Part shown: one piece after another, positions 18,630 through 28,506 of the stretch
Position numbering within the stretch: the stretch's first letter is position 1
Layout of the letters: every line of letters begins with the position of its first letter
From: Candidatus Latescibacterota bacterium
Lineage (GTDB): Bacteria; Latescibacterota; UBA2968; UBA8231
Direction of reading: 5' to 3'
Length of the DNA stretch: 64,000 nt
NCBI GenBank assembly: GCA_965248265.1
Contig: CBDFJF010000001.1
Location: forward strand, 192,001 to 256,000
Notes under the pieces: model-generated
Databases searched by the model: none
Seen by the model: the letters and a program-made list of their open reading frames with translations, nothing else
What the model was told of the DNA's origin: nothing
Translations under genes and position numbers: made by a program

Positions 18630-19595
18630 CTACTGGCCAAGGATCTCTGCGTAACGACTCAGCGTTAGATTGCCCCCACTCAGAACACCGACAACCTTTT
18701 TCCCGCACAGTCTTTCCTTCCCCAGCTCGAACGCCGCCGCCAGCGACACCGCACCAGCGCCTTCGGCGACCAGGCGGGCACTCTGGGCCAGCCGCCGCAC
18801 GGCCACGTCGATGGCATCGTCGCCGACCAGGACGAACTCATCCAGCAGCTCCCACATCATCGTCATCGTCATCTCGAAGGGCACCCGTGTTGCCAGGCCT
18901 TCACTGGTGGTGTCCGCATCAGCCTCGACGTCGAGCCGACGCTCCTTCCAGGCCATCCAGGCACCGGGTGCCTGTTTCGACTGTGCGCCGATTACGGTTA
19001 CATCCGGGTGCGTTTCTTTGACCGCCAGACACAAACCGCTCACACCGCTCCCCCCTCCCACCGGGCCGATGATGATGTCGACGTCCGGCAGTTGCTCGAG
19101 AATCTCCAGTCCCATCGTGCCCACACCCGCGATCAGGCGAGGCTCGTTTGCCGAGTGTACGTAGCGCCTGCCCTCGGCACGGGCCACGCGCTCGACCTCT
19201 ACCCGCGCCTCGTCAAAATCACGACCGTACAGTCTGACATCCGCGCCCAATTCCCGCATCGCCGCCAGCTTGCGTTCGTTGACGCGCTCAGCCGGAGCAT
19301 AGATGATGACGGGCACACCGAAGAGCCCGCCAGCCATGGCCATCGATTGGCCGTGATTGCCGGTGCTGGCACTGATTACACCTGCTGCCTTTTCCTCATC
19401 GCTGAGACGACCAATGAGGTTGACACCGCCCCGGACCTTGAAGGCGCCGATCGGTTGCAGGTTCTCGCACTTGATGTAATAGTCGCAACCCAAAGCGTGC
19501 GAGAGCGACTCACTCTTTATTAGAGGAGTTGGTGGTAGGTAAGGTGTGATCAGCTCGCGCGCCGAAACCACATCTGCGTAGGTAGGTCGACTCAT
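18630..19595 (-). CDS. PLP-dependent threonine/serine dehydratase family protein (no regulatory domain)
   Basis: KCENLQPIGAFKVRGG, ASTGNHG, PVGGGSG, LSGGN; ATGA overlap with the upstream gene. Confidence 0.9.
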   Translation of the reverse strand: MSRPTYADVVSARELITPYLPPTPLIKSESLSHALGCDYYIKCENLQPIGAFKVRGGVNLIGRLSDEEKAAGVISASTGNHGQSMAMAGGLFGVPVIIYAPAERVNERKLAAMRELGADVRLYGRDFDEARVEVERVARAEGRRYVHSANEPRLIAGVGTMGLEILEQLPDVDIIIGPVGGGSGVSGLCLAVKETHPDVTVIGAQSKQAPGAWMAWKERRLDVEADADTTSEGLATRVPFEMTMTMMWELLDEFVLVGDDAIDVAVRRLAQSARLVAEGAGAVSLAAAFELGKERLCGKKVVGVLSGGNLTLSRYAEILGQ

Positions 19596-20332
19596 CTGGA
19601 TCCCGCTCGGATGCGCTCTATAGCTGTGCTCAGGACAGCGGCGTTGTCGCAACGCTCCACAATCGATAACAATTCGGCTTCCGCTGTCTCCGCTATGGCT
19701 TCAACCTCGGCCACCAGTACGGGCAGAGCCCGGGTTACGTTGTCGACGATCGTGATCGTGGCCTGCTGCGCCGTCCGCGACAGCGGGTTGAGGTCGACGG
19801 TGATGACTTCCTTGCCTGCCTTCACCAGCGCTCCGCAGCGATCGCCGTCTTCCAACGGGACGAACACCACGTCGGCGATCGCCAGACCGTCGGGGTGCAC
19901 GAAGCGGCGGTTGGAGTCGATGTCGTCGAGGACCACTTGCGGGTCGGGAAGCAGAACGACCTCGGCTCCCGCCTGCTTCAAATGCTCGGCAATGGCGCGC
20001 TCGCGTTCCTCTGAGGCATGGAAAATATTGACCTCAATCGGGGCCGGCACGATCCGGCTCAACTGCACGATGTCATCCGGCACCAATGCGGCCGTGTTGC
20101 CGTTTATTGATAGAACTGGGTGCTTTGCCGTAAGCAATCGTGCGGCGGCAGCGCGGATGGCCTGGCTGGCAAAGGCATGCGTCTGTTCTCCCAACAGGTA
20201 GTCGAAGGCTTCACCGCGCCCGTGTGCGATGAGCCCATGCGGTGAAGTGATGCCGCTTTCCACACCATTGACCATGGCGTCACGCAGGCGCAGCGAGGTA
20301 TAGCGCGGGTGGCTTGTTGGTACGTCTGTCAC
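19592..20332 (-). CDS. Archaeal-type phosphopantothenate synthetase (4-phosphopantoate--beta-alanine ligase, PPS)
   Basis: SHPRY.SL, GLIAHGRGEAFDYLLGE, SINGNTAAL, VPLEDGDR, DLNPLSR, TIVDNV. Confidence 0.93.
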   Translation of the reverse strand: MTDVPTSHPRYTSLRLRDAMVNGVESGITSPHGLIAHGRGEAFDYLLGEQTHAFASQAIRAAAARLLTAKHPVLSINGNTAALVPDDIVQLSRIVPAPIEVNIFHASEERERAIAEHLKQAGAEVVLLPDPQVVLDDIDSNRRFVHPDGLAIADVVFVPLEDGDRCGALVKAGKEVITVDLNPLSRTAQQATITIVDNVTRALPVLVAEVEAIAETAEAELLSIVERCDNAAVLSTAIERIRAGSR

Positions 20333-21177
20333 AGCAACCCACCCCGTCGCCTGGCCAGAGCTGTCTCCTGGCAGCCCTCGAATCGGCTGGTGCTGAAAAC
20401 GGCATTGCCCAGCATGATCATGGACGCCTCTCCCCCAGTTGATTCGATATTCTCGATGAGTCCACGCACTCGATCATCTCGCAGGAGTCCACTGCCTTCG
20501 GCGAACTGCCGGCACACCCGGATGCACTCGTTCATCTCGACGCGCTCCCTCACGCTCAATTCTCCGAGCGCTGTCAGTGCCACGTCCGCGGCGGCATTGA
20601 TGCGAGCCGCCTGCTCCGTGTCGGAGAGCACGTCGCGAGTTCGAATCGGACCGAAGTAACGGTAGAAAATCGCTTTCCCCTCCTCTATCGGCATCGGTCG
20701 GGCGGCGAGTGGTTGACCCGGAGTCAGCTTGACCAGGCAACCGCCATGATACTGCGCACACACATCCCCGAGTCCGGTGAGATTCTCCACTTCGGCGACA
20801 TGCGCCATCATGGCGAGATCCTCTTCCCCATAACCCAGGTCGAGCAACGCGTTGAGCGCGTAGGCACAGGCCAGTGCCGAAGCCCCGCTGAGGCCGAAAC
20901 CGGAACTCAGCGGCAGAGCAGACTCTATCCGGACCGCAACAGGCAGCGGCGTCAGTTTCTCTATCAGGTTGTTTACGGTCGGGAACTCTATGATCTCTCC
21001 GTTGAAGTAAACGCTCGAATCACTGCCGCTATCCTCCTGGCTGGCGACCTCGACTTCAACCCCGTCGCGAACGGTGAATCCCAGACCCAGAGAATGCATC
21101 TGAGCGGGAGACTTATGCGGGATGATCTTGAACACCCCGGACATGTTCCCCGGCGCGAAGGCAGCTACCGTCTTCAT
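20329..21177 (-). CDS. Archaeal-type pantoate kinase (PoK, GHMP family)
   Basis: AFAPGNMSGVF, SLGLGF, LPLSSGFGLSGA, AHVAEVENLTGLGDV, MIMLGNAVF; overlaps the PPS start. Confidence 0.9.
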   Translation of the reverse strand: MKTVAAFAPGNMSGVFKIIPHKSPAQMHSLGLGFTVRDGVEVEVASQEDSGSDSSVYFNGEIIEFPTVNNLIEKLTPLPVAVRIESALPLSSGFGLSGASALACAYALNALLDLGYGEEDLAMMAHVAEVENLTGLGDVCAQYHGGCLVKLTPGQPLAARPMPIEEGKAIFYRYFGPIRTRDVLSDTEQAARINAAADVALTALGELSVRERVEMNECIRVCRQFAEGSGLLRDDRVRGLIENIESTGGEASMIMLGNAVFSTSRFEGCQETALARRRGGLL

Positions 21178-21273
21178 CGAATGAACCAGGCCTGATACGA
21201 GAAACAGGGGTAATGAAAAATGGCGTAATGAACAATGGGACAATCAGCGATAAGGTAGGTAGGACACGACGCC

Positions 21274-21870
21274 TTACCCACGTCCAGCGACAATCTGCTC
21301 ATGCCGGTAGCAATCGATGGTGTGGTCGTTGACGATGCCCGTCGCCTGCATCAGGGCATAGCAGATCGTCGGGCCCACGAAGGTGAAGTCTCTTTTCTTC
21401 AAATCTTTGCTGATGGTCTCCGCCAGCGGCGTCAGAGCGGGAACATCGCTCATCCCACGCCACCTGTTCTGAATTGGCGTTCCATCCACGAAAGCCCAGA
21501 AATAGGCATCGAAGCTGCCGAATTCCCGCTGCACCTCCAGAAAAGCCCTGGCATTCCTGACCGTACCTTGGACCTTGAGCCGGTTGCGGATGATGCCCTC
21601 GTCTTTGAGCAAGCGAGCAATCTTGCGCTTGTCATACCGGGCAACCTTGCTCGCATCGAAGCCATCCAACAGCCGCCGATAGTTCTCTCGCTTCTTGAGA
21701 ACCGTCGACCAGCTCAGTCCCGCCTGCGCTCCTTCCAACACGATAAACTCGAACCACACAGTGTCGTCATGTACAGGTACGCCCCACTCATCATCGTGGT
21801 AAGCCACGTACTGATCGTCCGTCCCCTTTGCCCATTCGCAGCGAACGAGTTCCCGCTGGCCCCGTGCCAT
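21274..21870 (-). CDS. tag: DNA-3-methyladenine glycosylase I
   Basis: RCEWA, YHDDEWG, LEGAQAGLSW, IIRNRLK, FVGPTICYALMQATGIVNDH. Confidence 0.95.
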   Translation of the reverse strand: MARGQRELVRCEWAKGTDDQYVAYHDDEWGVPVHDDTVWFEFIVLEGAQAGLSWSTVLKKRENYRRLLDGFDASKVARYDKRKIARLLKDEGIIRNRLKVQGTVRNARAFLEVQREFGSFDAYFWAFVDGTPIQNRWRGMSDVPALTPLAETISKDLKKRDFTFVGPTICYALMQATGIVNDHTIDCYRHEQIVAGRG

Positions 21871-21892
21871 CAGCGGTGTTCCTCGAGAGCCA

Positions 21893-22426
21893 TCAGCGGT
21901 GTTCCTCCAGATGTCGTCTCAAATCGAATAGATAGGCTTCGAGCGTGGCCGTGTGCCCGATGAAGACGGCGGCGACGAAGCGAAATATTGGATCGTAGAC
22001 CTCGCCCTCTTCCACGATGCGGATGTAGGTGCCCGGGCCGTCATCGTCGAGTTCGAAGGTCCAGGTGCCGGCAAACGGCAAATCATCTTGAGCGATCCTG
22101 GTGACCAACCGGCGCGGTGGGTCGACCTCGACAGTCGCCAGCGTCAATGAGTCTCCCCAGGCATCAACCTCGACCCAGGTGGTGACACTGTCCCCTTTTG
22201 ACGAGCGGACGACGACGGCGGCTACATCACTGCGCCATCGAGAGTGTTGCGGCCAATCCGTGATCGTCTGCCACACTCGCTCCCTCGTGGCAGGTAGTTC
22301 CCCGCGCACGGCTGCGACGTGGGCAACCGGCAGTATCGATCCGACGACGTAGGCGATGGCAATCAGGATCAGCAGTGCGCTGCCGAGCGTGAGGGTTACG
22401 ACCTTCATCACCTGCCTGCCAGTCAT
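21893..22426 (-). CDS. SRPBCC/polyketide cyclase family protein with N-terminal TM
   Basis: VWQTITD, WRSDV, PFAGTWTFEL, EEGEVYDPIFRF. Confidence 0.82.
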   Translation of the reverse strand: MTGRQVMKVVTLTLGSALLILIAIAYVVGSILPVAHVAAVRGELPATRERVWQTITDWPQHSRWRSDVAAVVVRSSKGDSVTTWVEVDAWGDSLTLATVEVDPPRRLVTRIAQDDLPFAGTWTFELDDDGPGTYIRIVEEGEVYDPIFRFVAAVFIGHTATLEAYLFDLRRHLEEHR

Positions 22427-22435
22427 GCAAGACCC

Positions 22436-22888
22436 TCAAGCTCCAATCGCGTTGGCCAACCTCGACAGAGAACTCTCCCAGCGCTCCTCCATTTCAGCGG
22501 CGCCTGCCGGGTCCGTGAAGCCGGTATGTGACAGTTCGATTTCCGTCAACGAGCCGCGATCGTGAAACTCGACGCTGACCGTCGTCTCCTTCTCACTGGG
22601 CGGCTTGACACCCTCCCAGCGGTCCGTCAAGACTATTTTGAACCGCCAGGTCATGACCAGCCGCAACGGCCCGTCCACCTCGGTGAAACTGCCGTCCGCC
22701 CAAAAATGGCGCCCCGCTGTCGTCGCGTGGTAGCGGACGACTCCGTTCAAAGTGAGATCCATGTCGATCCGCGTGTTAGTGGAATCGGGCGGCGGCCACC
22801 ATTTGACGATCTCATCCGGATCCGTCCATGCCCGAAACACTCGATAGCGAGGAGCAGAGATCAGTTGTTTCAGAGTTACGTCCGTCAC
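22436..22888 (-). CDS. SRPBCC (AHSA1-like) domain protein
   Basis: APRYRVFRAWTDP, RLVMTW, TVSVEF, HTGF. Confidence 0.85.
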   Translation of the reverse strand: MTDVTLKQLISAPRYRVFRAWTDPDEIVKWWPPPDSTNTRIDMDLTLNGVVRYHATTAGRHFWADGSFTEVDGPLRLVMTWRFKIVLTDRWEGVKPPSEKETTVSVEFHDRGSLTEIELSHTGFTDPAGAAEMEERWESSLSRLANAIGA

Positions 22889-23913
22889 TGCGCACTATCC
22901 CCCAGATCGCCGCCGCAGGCTCGGATCAGCGTTTCCTGGGTCAGCAGATCGTGCTCGGGAGAGTAGATTGGCTCGCGTTCGCCGCGGATGATCTGGATGA
23001 ATTCCTCGTGATCGCCGACATACCGCGGCCTATCGGTTACCTCGATCGACTGCCAACCGGTACAGTAGCCAGCCTTGGGTAAGCGCAGACTCATCTCCAA
23101 CTTGGGAGGCTCGATCGGTTCGAGGATGACACTGCCATCTTCCCCATGGACCTCGACCCGACGATGAGGTCCCGCGTCGCACTCCATCGAGGTGGTCTCG
23201 ATGACGGCCATGGCCCCATGGTCGTCGAACTCCAGCATGACCGAGGCGTTGTCGACTCCCGGAGCTATGTCTTTGAAACCCTTCGCGTCGGAGCGCAGAA
23301 ACGAGGTAATCTTGTCAGCCCGGCCAAACATGGTGACGGCCTGATCGAAGAGGTGACAGGCCTCCTCCTGCATGATACCGCCTGGATAGCGATCCACGTG
23401 GTTGCGGTGGAAGTACTCCGGGGTGCTGCCGGCCCGGAAGCGCGCGAAGAACACCCGTCCGAGCAACCCCTCCTTCACCTTTTCCTGGATGAATTGCAGG
23501 CCCGGATTGAAGCGCCACTGATAACCCATCTGCACGCACAACCCGCGCTTGGCGGCCAGATCCAGCAGGGATTGCAGCTCCGGCAATGAGGTTCCCGGCG
23601 GCTTGTCCAAGTGGACATGCTTGCCGGCTTCCAGCGCGAGCCGTGCCCACTCCACGCACTCCCACGGCCAGGTCTCGATGTAAACGGCGGCGATGTCGTC
23701 ATCGGACAGAATCTCATCGACGGACTGGAACCAGTGAACGTCGGCATACTCCTCACGGCCGCGACGAGCATCCCACATCTCACGTTCGGGCTCAAAAATG
23801 CCGCAGAGCTCGACCTTCAATCGCGGCCACAACTCACGAGCCGCTTTGTCTACCGTCTTCGTCGCGTGCGTGTGCGCGATGCCGATCTGCCCCAGCCGCA
23901 CAGAATCACTCAC
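22885..23913 (-). CDS. Gfo/Idh/MocA family oxidoreductase
   Basis: QIGIAHTHA, GKHVHLDKPPG, GYQWRFNP, GGIMQEEACH. Confidence 0.9.
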   Translation of the reverse strand: MSDSVRLGQIGIAHTHATKTVDKAARELWPRLKVELCGIFEPEREMWDARRGREEYADVHWFQSVDEILSDDDIAAVYIETWPWECVEWARLALEAGKHVHLDKPPGTSLPELQSLLDLAAKRGLCVQMGYQWRFNPGLQFIQEKVKEGLLGRVFFARFRAGSTPEYFHRNHVDRYPGGIMQEEACHLFDQAVTMFGRADKITSFLRSDAKGFKDIAPGVDNASVMLEFDDHGAMAVIETTSMECDAGPHRRVEVHGEDGSVILEPIEPPKLEMSLRLPKAGYCTGWQSIEVTDRPRYVGDHEEFIQIIRGEREPIYSPEHDLLTQETLIRACGGDLGDSAQ

Positions 23914-23929
23914 AATGCTTGGCTGCCTT

Positions 23930-24676
23930 CTACTTGCGTGCCTTCTTCAGAAAGTCGGCTGCCCCATCCGACAGCCATCCTTGCGCCGGGGTCATCAGGA
24001 AGCGGATGCCCTGGTCAACCAGCGCCTCCGCCGTGTTGTTCCAGGCCAGCGCCCCGGCGGTGCGCCCTGAATCCACGATCTTGCGCAACGCTTTCTCCAG
24101 GACTTCGACCGCCTCGGGATGATTCGTTTTACCCGTGTGCCCCATGGAACTGGCCAGATCCGATGGGGCCACGAAGAACACGTCGATGTGGTCTACTGTG
24201 AGAATCTCATCCAGGTTTTGCACGGCGACGATGTCTTCGATCAGGACGATGAGCAGGGTCTCGTCGTTGGCGACGGTAAAGTAGTCCTCGACGCCGAAAC
24301 CCTGACGGCCACCGAACATGCCGCGCTTGCCGATAGGCCCGAACTTACCCCCCTCAACCACGTTGGCTGCTTCTTCTTTGGTGTTGACGTGCGGTACCAC
24401 GATCCCCTGCGCGCCAAGGTCCATCGTGCGGTAGATGAGATTCTGATCATTGCGGTTGACCCGCACGATGGAGGTCATGCCCCAGATGTCGCATGCACGC
24501 GTTAGGTTGCCGATTTCTGATGGTTCGGCGGCACCGTGTTCGCCCTCGATCCATATACCGTCGAAATCGTTGGGGCCGAAGCCTTCAACATCGTTTGCGT
24601 CCGTGATACCTGTGACAGTGCAGGTTACTTCCCCCGCATCCAGTTTTCGTTTTACTCGATTCGGTCTGATCTGCAT
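23930..24676 (-). CDS. HpcH/HpaI aldolase family protein
   Basis: WIEGEHG, MDLGAQGIVVPHV, LIED, FVAPSDLA. Confidence 0.9.
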   Translation of the reverse strand: MQIRPNRVKRKLDAGEVTCTVTGITDANDVEGFGPNDFDGIWIEGEHGAAEPSEIGNLTRACDIWGMTSIVRVNRNDQNLIYRTMDLGAQGIVVPHVNTKEEAANVVEGGKFGPIGKRGMFGGRQGFGVEDYFTVANDETLLIVLIEDIVAVQNLDEILTVDHIDVFFVAPSDLASSMGHTGKTNHPEAVEVLEKALRKIVDSGRTAGALAWNNTAEALVDQGIRFLMTPAQGWLSDGAADFLKKARK

Positions 24677-24725
24677 TCGAATGTCCGTCCCGTGTTTGTA
24701 TGATTGTTGCCTATTTCAATGGATA

Positions 24726-25655
24726 CTAACCGTTGAGCAATTCAACCTGAGCGGCGAGAACCTCTTCTACTGACACCTCGCCGTCTCCCTTCTTTACGCT
24801 GCACTTCGTCCCCAGAAAGCTGCTCTGCGAGGATGCCGTCAGCGCTGCGGCGCATTGGCGCGCATCATCGAGCGTGAAACCACTTTCCGGATCGAGATGA
24901 GAATTGTGCGAATCCATGAATCCGTCGGGTGATGCGCCGGCGCCTGACAGAATCACGCCGCACAGCCGCGTGCCGGAACCGAGCACCTTGTCGATGACAT
25001 CGAGCGGGCGATCTCCATTGATGAGCATCCGCCCCCAGTTGAGCATCAACGACACTGGAGTGTCGCCGTCAAGCTCTCCATTGACGGCCGCCAGGACCTG
25101 GATTATGGCATCCACATCCAGTGCAGCCTTCTTGGCCGCCGGAAACGGGATCGCGTGATCGGCCGGCAGGCTGTCTGCCACCTCGAGGGTGAGCTCGCCT
25201 TCTGGTAATGCCGTCTGTGCCACCTGCACCAGTTCACTCAAACTGCGGTGCAGGGCTATACAATGTTCGATGGACCCTCCGGTCCGCTGTCCGGTATGGA
25301 CCGCCAGGGCTCGAACGCCGACTCCTTTCGCAGATAAATCGAAGTACTGCTGTAGAACGGAGTGAGTGTCCAGTAAGGCATGACGCCGGGCGCCTTCGAC
25401 GCTCGATGACAGCCCGTACGCCGGATTGGCCTGCCCCTTCCCCGCCCAATTCGCCACCATCGTGCCGACGATGGAGGCGCCGACCTCGCTGAATACCTCT
25501 ACCAGTTCCGGCAGGAGGGCTTGTCCTGGGAGAATCGGAACCTCGAAAGTCTTGATATTCCATTCGGTAACGGCTTGGCGGTACCACGCCGCCTGTTCCG
25601 ACCCAGACAGAGAGCCGACTGCAGCATATGCGCCCAGTACCTTTTGGGAAATCAT
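24726..25655 (-). CDS. DUF4862-like TIM-barrel protein
   Basis: N-terminal LGAYA, LTLEVADS, LNWGR, DSH motifs recalled from DUF4862. Confidence 0.6.
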   Translation of the reverse strand: MISQKVLGAYAAVGSLSGSEQAAWYRQAVTEWNIKTFEVPILPGQALLPELVEVFSEVGASIVGTMVANWAGKGQANPAYGLSSSVEGARRHALLDTHSVLQQYFDLSAKGVGVRALAVHTGQRTGGSIEHCIALHRSLSELVQVAQTALPEGELTLEVADSLPADHAIPFPAAKKAALDVDAIIQVLAAVNGELDGDTPVSLMLNWGRMLINGDRPLDVIDKVLGSGTRLCGVILSGAGASPDGFMDSHNSHLDPESGFTLDDARQCAAALTASSQSSFLGTKCSVKKGDGEVSVEEVLAAQVELLNG

Positions 25656-25879
25656 TCCTCGCCTCCATCATCGCGTGTTGCTGATCTGTGTTGGTGCCCA
25701 AACACCCGAAATTCGATGCCCGAATGGGCGGAATGACAAAACGGGTTTCCATCTCCTCAGTCAAGGGTGTAGGCCAGGTTTAAGGCGATGAGTGGGCATG
25801 CAACTGTTGACCCGTCGTGTCGTAGACACGTCTTTTGGTTTTCAATTATAGGAGTACGGCAAGAGGAGGACGTCAAGGA

Positions 25880-26785
25880 ATGAAGAGTTTTAAAGGAGTG
25901 GTTGCGGCACCCGTGTCTCCGATGACGGCAGCCGGCGATTTTGACGAAGCCGCGTTCGCCCGCGTGCTGGAGTTCAACCTGCAGGCCGGCATCCACGGTT
26001 TCTGGTTGGCTGGCGGATCGGGTGAAAGCATCATGTTGGATGACGACGAAAACAAACGATTGGCGACCGTGGCCGCTGAGGTGGTTGGTGATCGTGGGGT
26101 GAACATAATGCATGTCGGCTCACCGACGACCCGCCGGTCAGCCGTCATGGCCGAGCACGCCGCGTCTGTCGGCGCCGACGCCATCTGCTGCGTCCCTCCG
26201 TTTTTTTACCGGCGCACGGATGAGGAGATCGTCGAACATTACCGGGTCGTGGCGGCCGCTGCCGATCTGCCTCTATTCGCCTACAACCTGCCGAACTTGA
26301 CCGGTGTCGAGATCACCGTCGACCTGATGCGGAAAATCGTTGATGCGGTGCCTCAGTTGAGAGGGTTGAAGCACTCAGCTCCGCATTTCGGCACCATGAT
26401 GGAATTCCTGGCCATGGACCTGGATTGTTTCATCGGCAACTGTGGCCTGCTGTTGCCGGCGCTGGCCGCTGGCGCGGTCGGTTGTGTTGACGGACCTCCG
26501 ACCATGGCTCCGGAGGTATTCGTTGAAGTGTGGGATACATTTAACGACGGCAATCTCGAACACGCCCGGGAAGCTCAGCAACGCGGGATCGTGATCAAGA
26601 ACATTCTCAACGAGTTCGGCCCGGAGCGCTTCCACTCGGTATTGAAGACCGTTGTAGCGGAACGCATCGGCCTCGATAACTCCGATCCGAGACCACCGGC
26701 CCTGCCACTGAGCCCACAGGAGCGCGCCCATGTACTCGCCAAGGCCGCCGCACTCGGCCTGACACCAGTAGCTGTGAACACCTGA
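25880..26785 (+). CDS. Dihydrodipicolinate synthase/N-acetylneuraminate lyase family aldolase
   Basis: GGSGE, VPPFFY, AYNLP, Schiff-base GLKHS; RBS upstream. Confidence 0.9.
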   Translation: MKSFKGVVAAPVSPMTAAGDFDEAAFARVLEFNLQAGIHGFWLAGGSGESIMLDDDENKRLATVAAEVVGDRGVNIMHVGSPTTRRSAVMAEHAASVGADAICCVPPFFYRRTDEEIVEHYRVVAAAADLPLFAYNLPNLTGVEITVDLMRKIVDAVPQLRGLKHSAPHFGTMMEFLAMDLDCFIGNCGLLLPALAAGAVGCVDGPPTMAPEVFVEVWDTFNDGNLEHAREAQQRGIVIKNILNEFGPERFHSVLKTVVAERIGLDNSDPRPPALPLSPQERAHVLAKAAALGLTPVAVNT

Positions 26786-26820
26786 CTCTCGAATCAACTC
26801 AACCCCCGTCACGCACAGGC

Positions 26821-27843
26821 ATGGACGCGGCTTTCCTGCACGGCATCGGCGATATCCGTATTAGCCAGATTCCGGTGCCGCAGCCACAGGAGGACGAGCT
26901 GCTGTTGAAGGTCCGTGCCGTCGGTATCTGCGGCAGCGACCTGCACTGCTACGTCGACGGCGGCACGGATGGCTCTGACTGGGGTGCCCCCCTTATCCTG
27001 GGTCACGAAATTGCCGCCGAGGTTGTCGGCGGCGGCGGAACCTCGGCCGGCCTTCCCACAGGCTGCCTTGTGGCAGTCGATCCGGGACGCTCCTGCGGCC
27101 ACTGTGAATGGTGCCACCGCGGCCATGCCAATTTGTGCCCTGGTATCCTGTTTTCCGGCTCTCCTCCCGACGTCCATGGCGCGCTGTGTGAGTACATCAC
27201 CGCTCCCTTCACCAACCTCTACTCGGTTCCGGAGGGATTCTCGGACGCCGACACCGCCATCCTGGAGCTGTTGGGGGTAGCCGTGCATACCCTCGATCTG
27301 GCTGCCGTGAAACCAGGCGAGACTGTGCTCGTGTTGGGCACCGGCCCCTTGGGGTTACTACTGGTTCAATTGAGTCGGCACCTGGGCGCCGCCAGCATTT
27401 TCGCCGTTGACCCGCTTGAGTACCGCTGCTCAACGGCCAGCCAATTGGGGGCTGATGAGGTCGCCGTCGCCCATGACGCCGTCGCAGCATGGACCGATGG
27501 CAGAGGAGTCGATGTCGTCCTGGAGGCGACCAACTCCGGCAATGCCATGCAACAAGCTGCGCAGTGTGTTTGTATTGGCGGGCGCCTGATTCTGGCCGGA
27601 ATCCCGGATAGCGATCTGGTCAGCGTTGGCGCCTCGCTGATGCGACGCAAGGGATTGACGCTCAAGGCGGTCAGACGGATGGCGCCGGGTGTCTATCCAC
27701 GGGCCATCGAACTCGTGAGTTCCGGAGCCATCAACCTGCAGCCATTGGCGACCCACTCCTTCTCGCTGCAACAGACAGCAGAGGCCTTTGAGCTTCAGGC
27801 CAATCACCGCGATGGGGTCATCAAGTCCGTCATCGAAATATGA
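26821..27843 (+). CDS. Zn-dependent sugar alcohol dehydrogenase (sorbitol DH-like)
   Basis: GICGSDLH, LGHE, CGHCEWC..C, GTGPLG. Confidence 0.92.
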   Translation: MDAAFLHGIGDIRISQIPVPQPQEDELLLKVRAVGICGSDLHCYVDGGTDGSDWGAPLILGHEIAAEVVGGGGTSAGLPTGCLVAVDPGRSCGHCEWCHRGHANLCPGILFSGSPPDVHGALCEYITAPFTNLYSVPEGFSDADTAILELLGVAVHTLDLAAVKPGETVLVLGTGPLGLLLVQLSRHLGAASIFAVDPLEYRCSTASQLGADEVAVAHDAVAAWTDGRGVDVVLEATNSGNAMQQAAQCVCIGGRLILAGIPDSDLVSVGASLMRRKGLTLKAVRRMAPGVYPRAIELVSSGAINLQPLATHSFSLQQTAEAFELQANHRDGVIKSVIEI

Positions 27844-28483
27844 TGCTGCCGCTGGCGCTGTCACGCTGAATCACCAACAGCAGATCGCCCTCCCCGACCC
27901 GGATTTCCACAGGTCCCGCCGTCACCTCGTTGGAGATGCCGGCCCGCTCCGGTCCCAGCGTGTCACCGAATAGCTCCCATTTCAATCCCTCCGTTTCTAT
28001 TCGACTCACCGGCCCCTCTAGCGGGCACAGCGAAAGCTTCTGGCCGGGAGTGGCGTCGAAGCGAATGCCTCCTGGACCCACCAGGCGAATTTCACAGTAA
28101 TCGTCGAGCAGGCGCAGCTCGATCCGATCCGCGAAGGTCTTGAGCTGGCTGAGATTCCACAGGGTGTGGTCGGTTCGCCGCCCGGTGAAGCCGATCAAAT
28201 CAGCCGTAACAACGCCCATGGTGACGGCATGGTGCAACACCTTCTCCATGTCGGTCGCGTTCTGGTCCATGACGGAAATCTGTAGATCGTCGGGTACCGC
28301 GGCTCGAGCTGCGTCACCGAGCGAATCCAGGTCACCGATAACGAGGGCGGGACTGTAGCCGTATTCGGCCGCCGTGTTGGCGCCACCGTCCGCACAGATC
28401 AGCGTGGTCTTTGTATCGGCCATGAGCTCGGCGAACAGCGCCTTCGACGGAGGCTCTCCGTTGCCGACAATCAGGGCGTGCAT
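27830..28483 (-). CDS. thiN: Thiamine diphosphokinase
   Basis: CADGGAN, IGDLDS, DQNATDMEK, GRRTDHTL.N, GLKWEL, GISN. Confidence 0.92.
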   Translation of the reverse strand: MHALIVGNGEPPSKALFAELMADTKTTLICADGGANTAAEYGYSPALVIGDLDSLGDAARAAVPDDLQISVMDQNATDMEKVLHHAVTMGVVTADLIGFTGRRTDHTLWNLSQLKTFADRIELRLLDDYCEIRLVGPGGIRFDATPGQKLSLCPLEGPVSRIETEGLKWELFGDTLGPERAGISNEVTAGPVEIRVGEGDLLLVIQRDSASGSIIFR

Positions 28484-28506
28484 GCCGTAGCTCTCACCTC
28501 ATTGCC

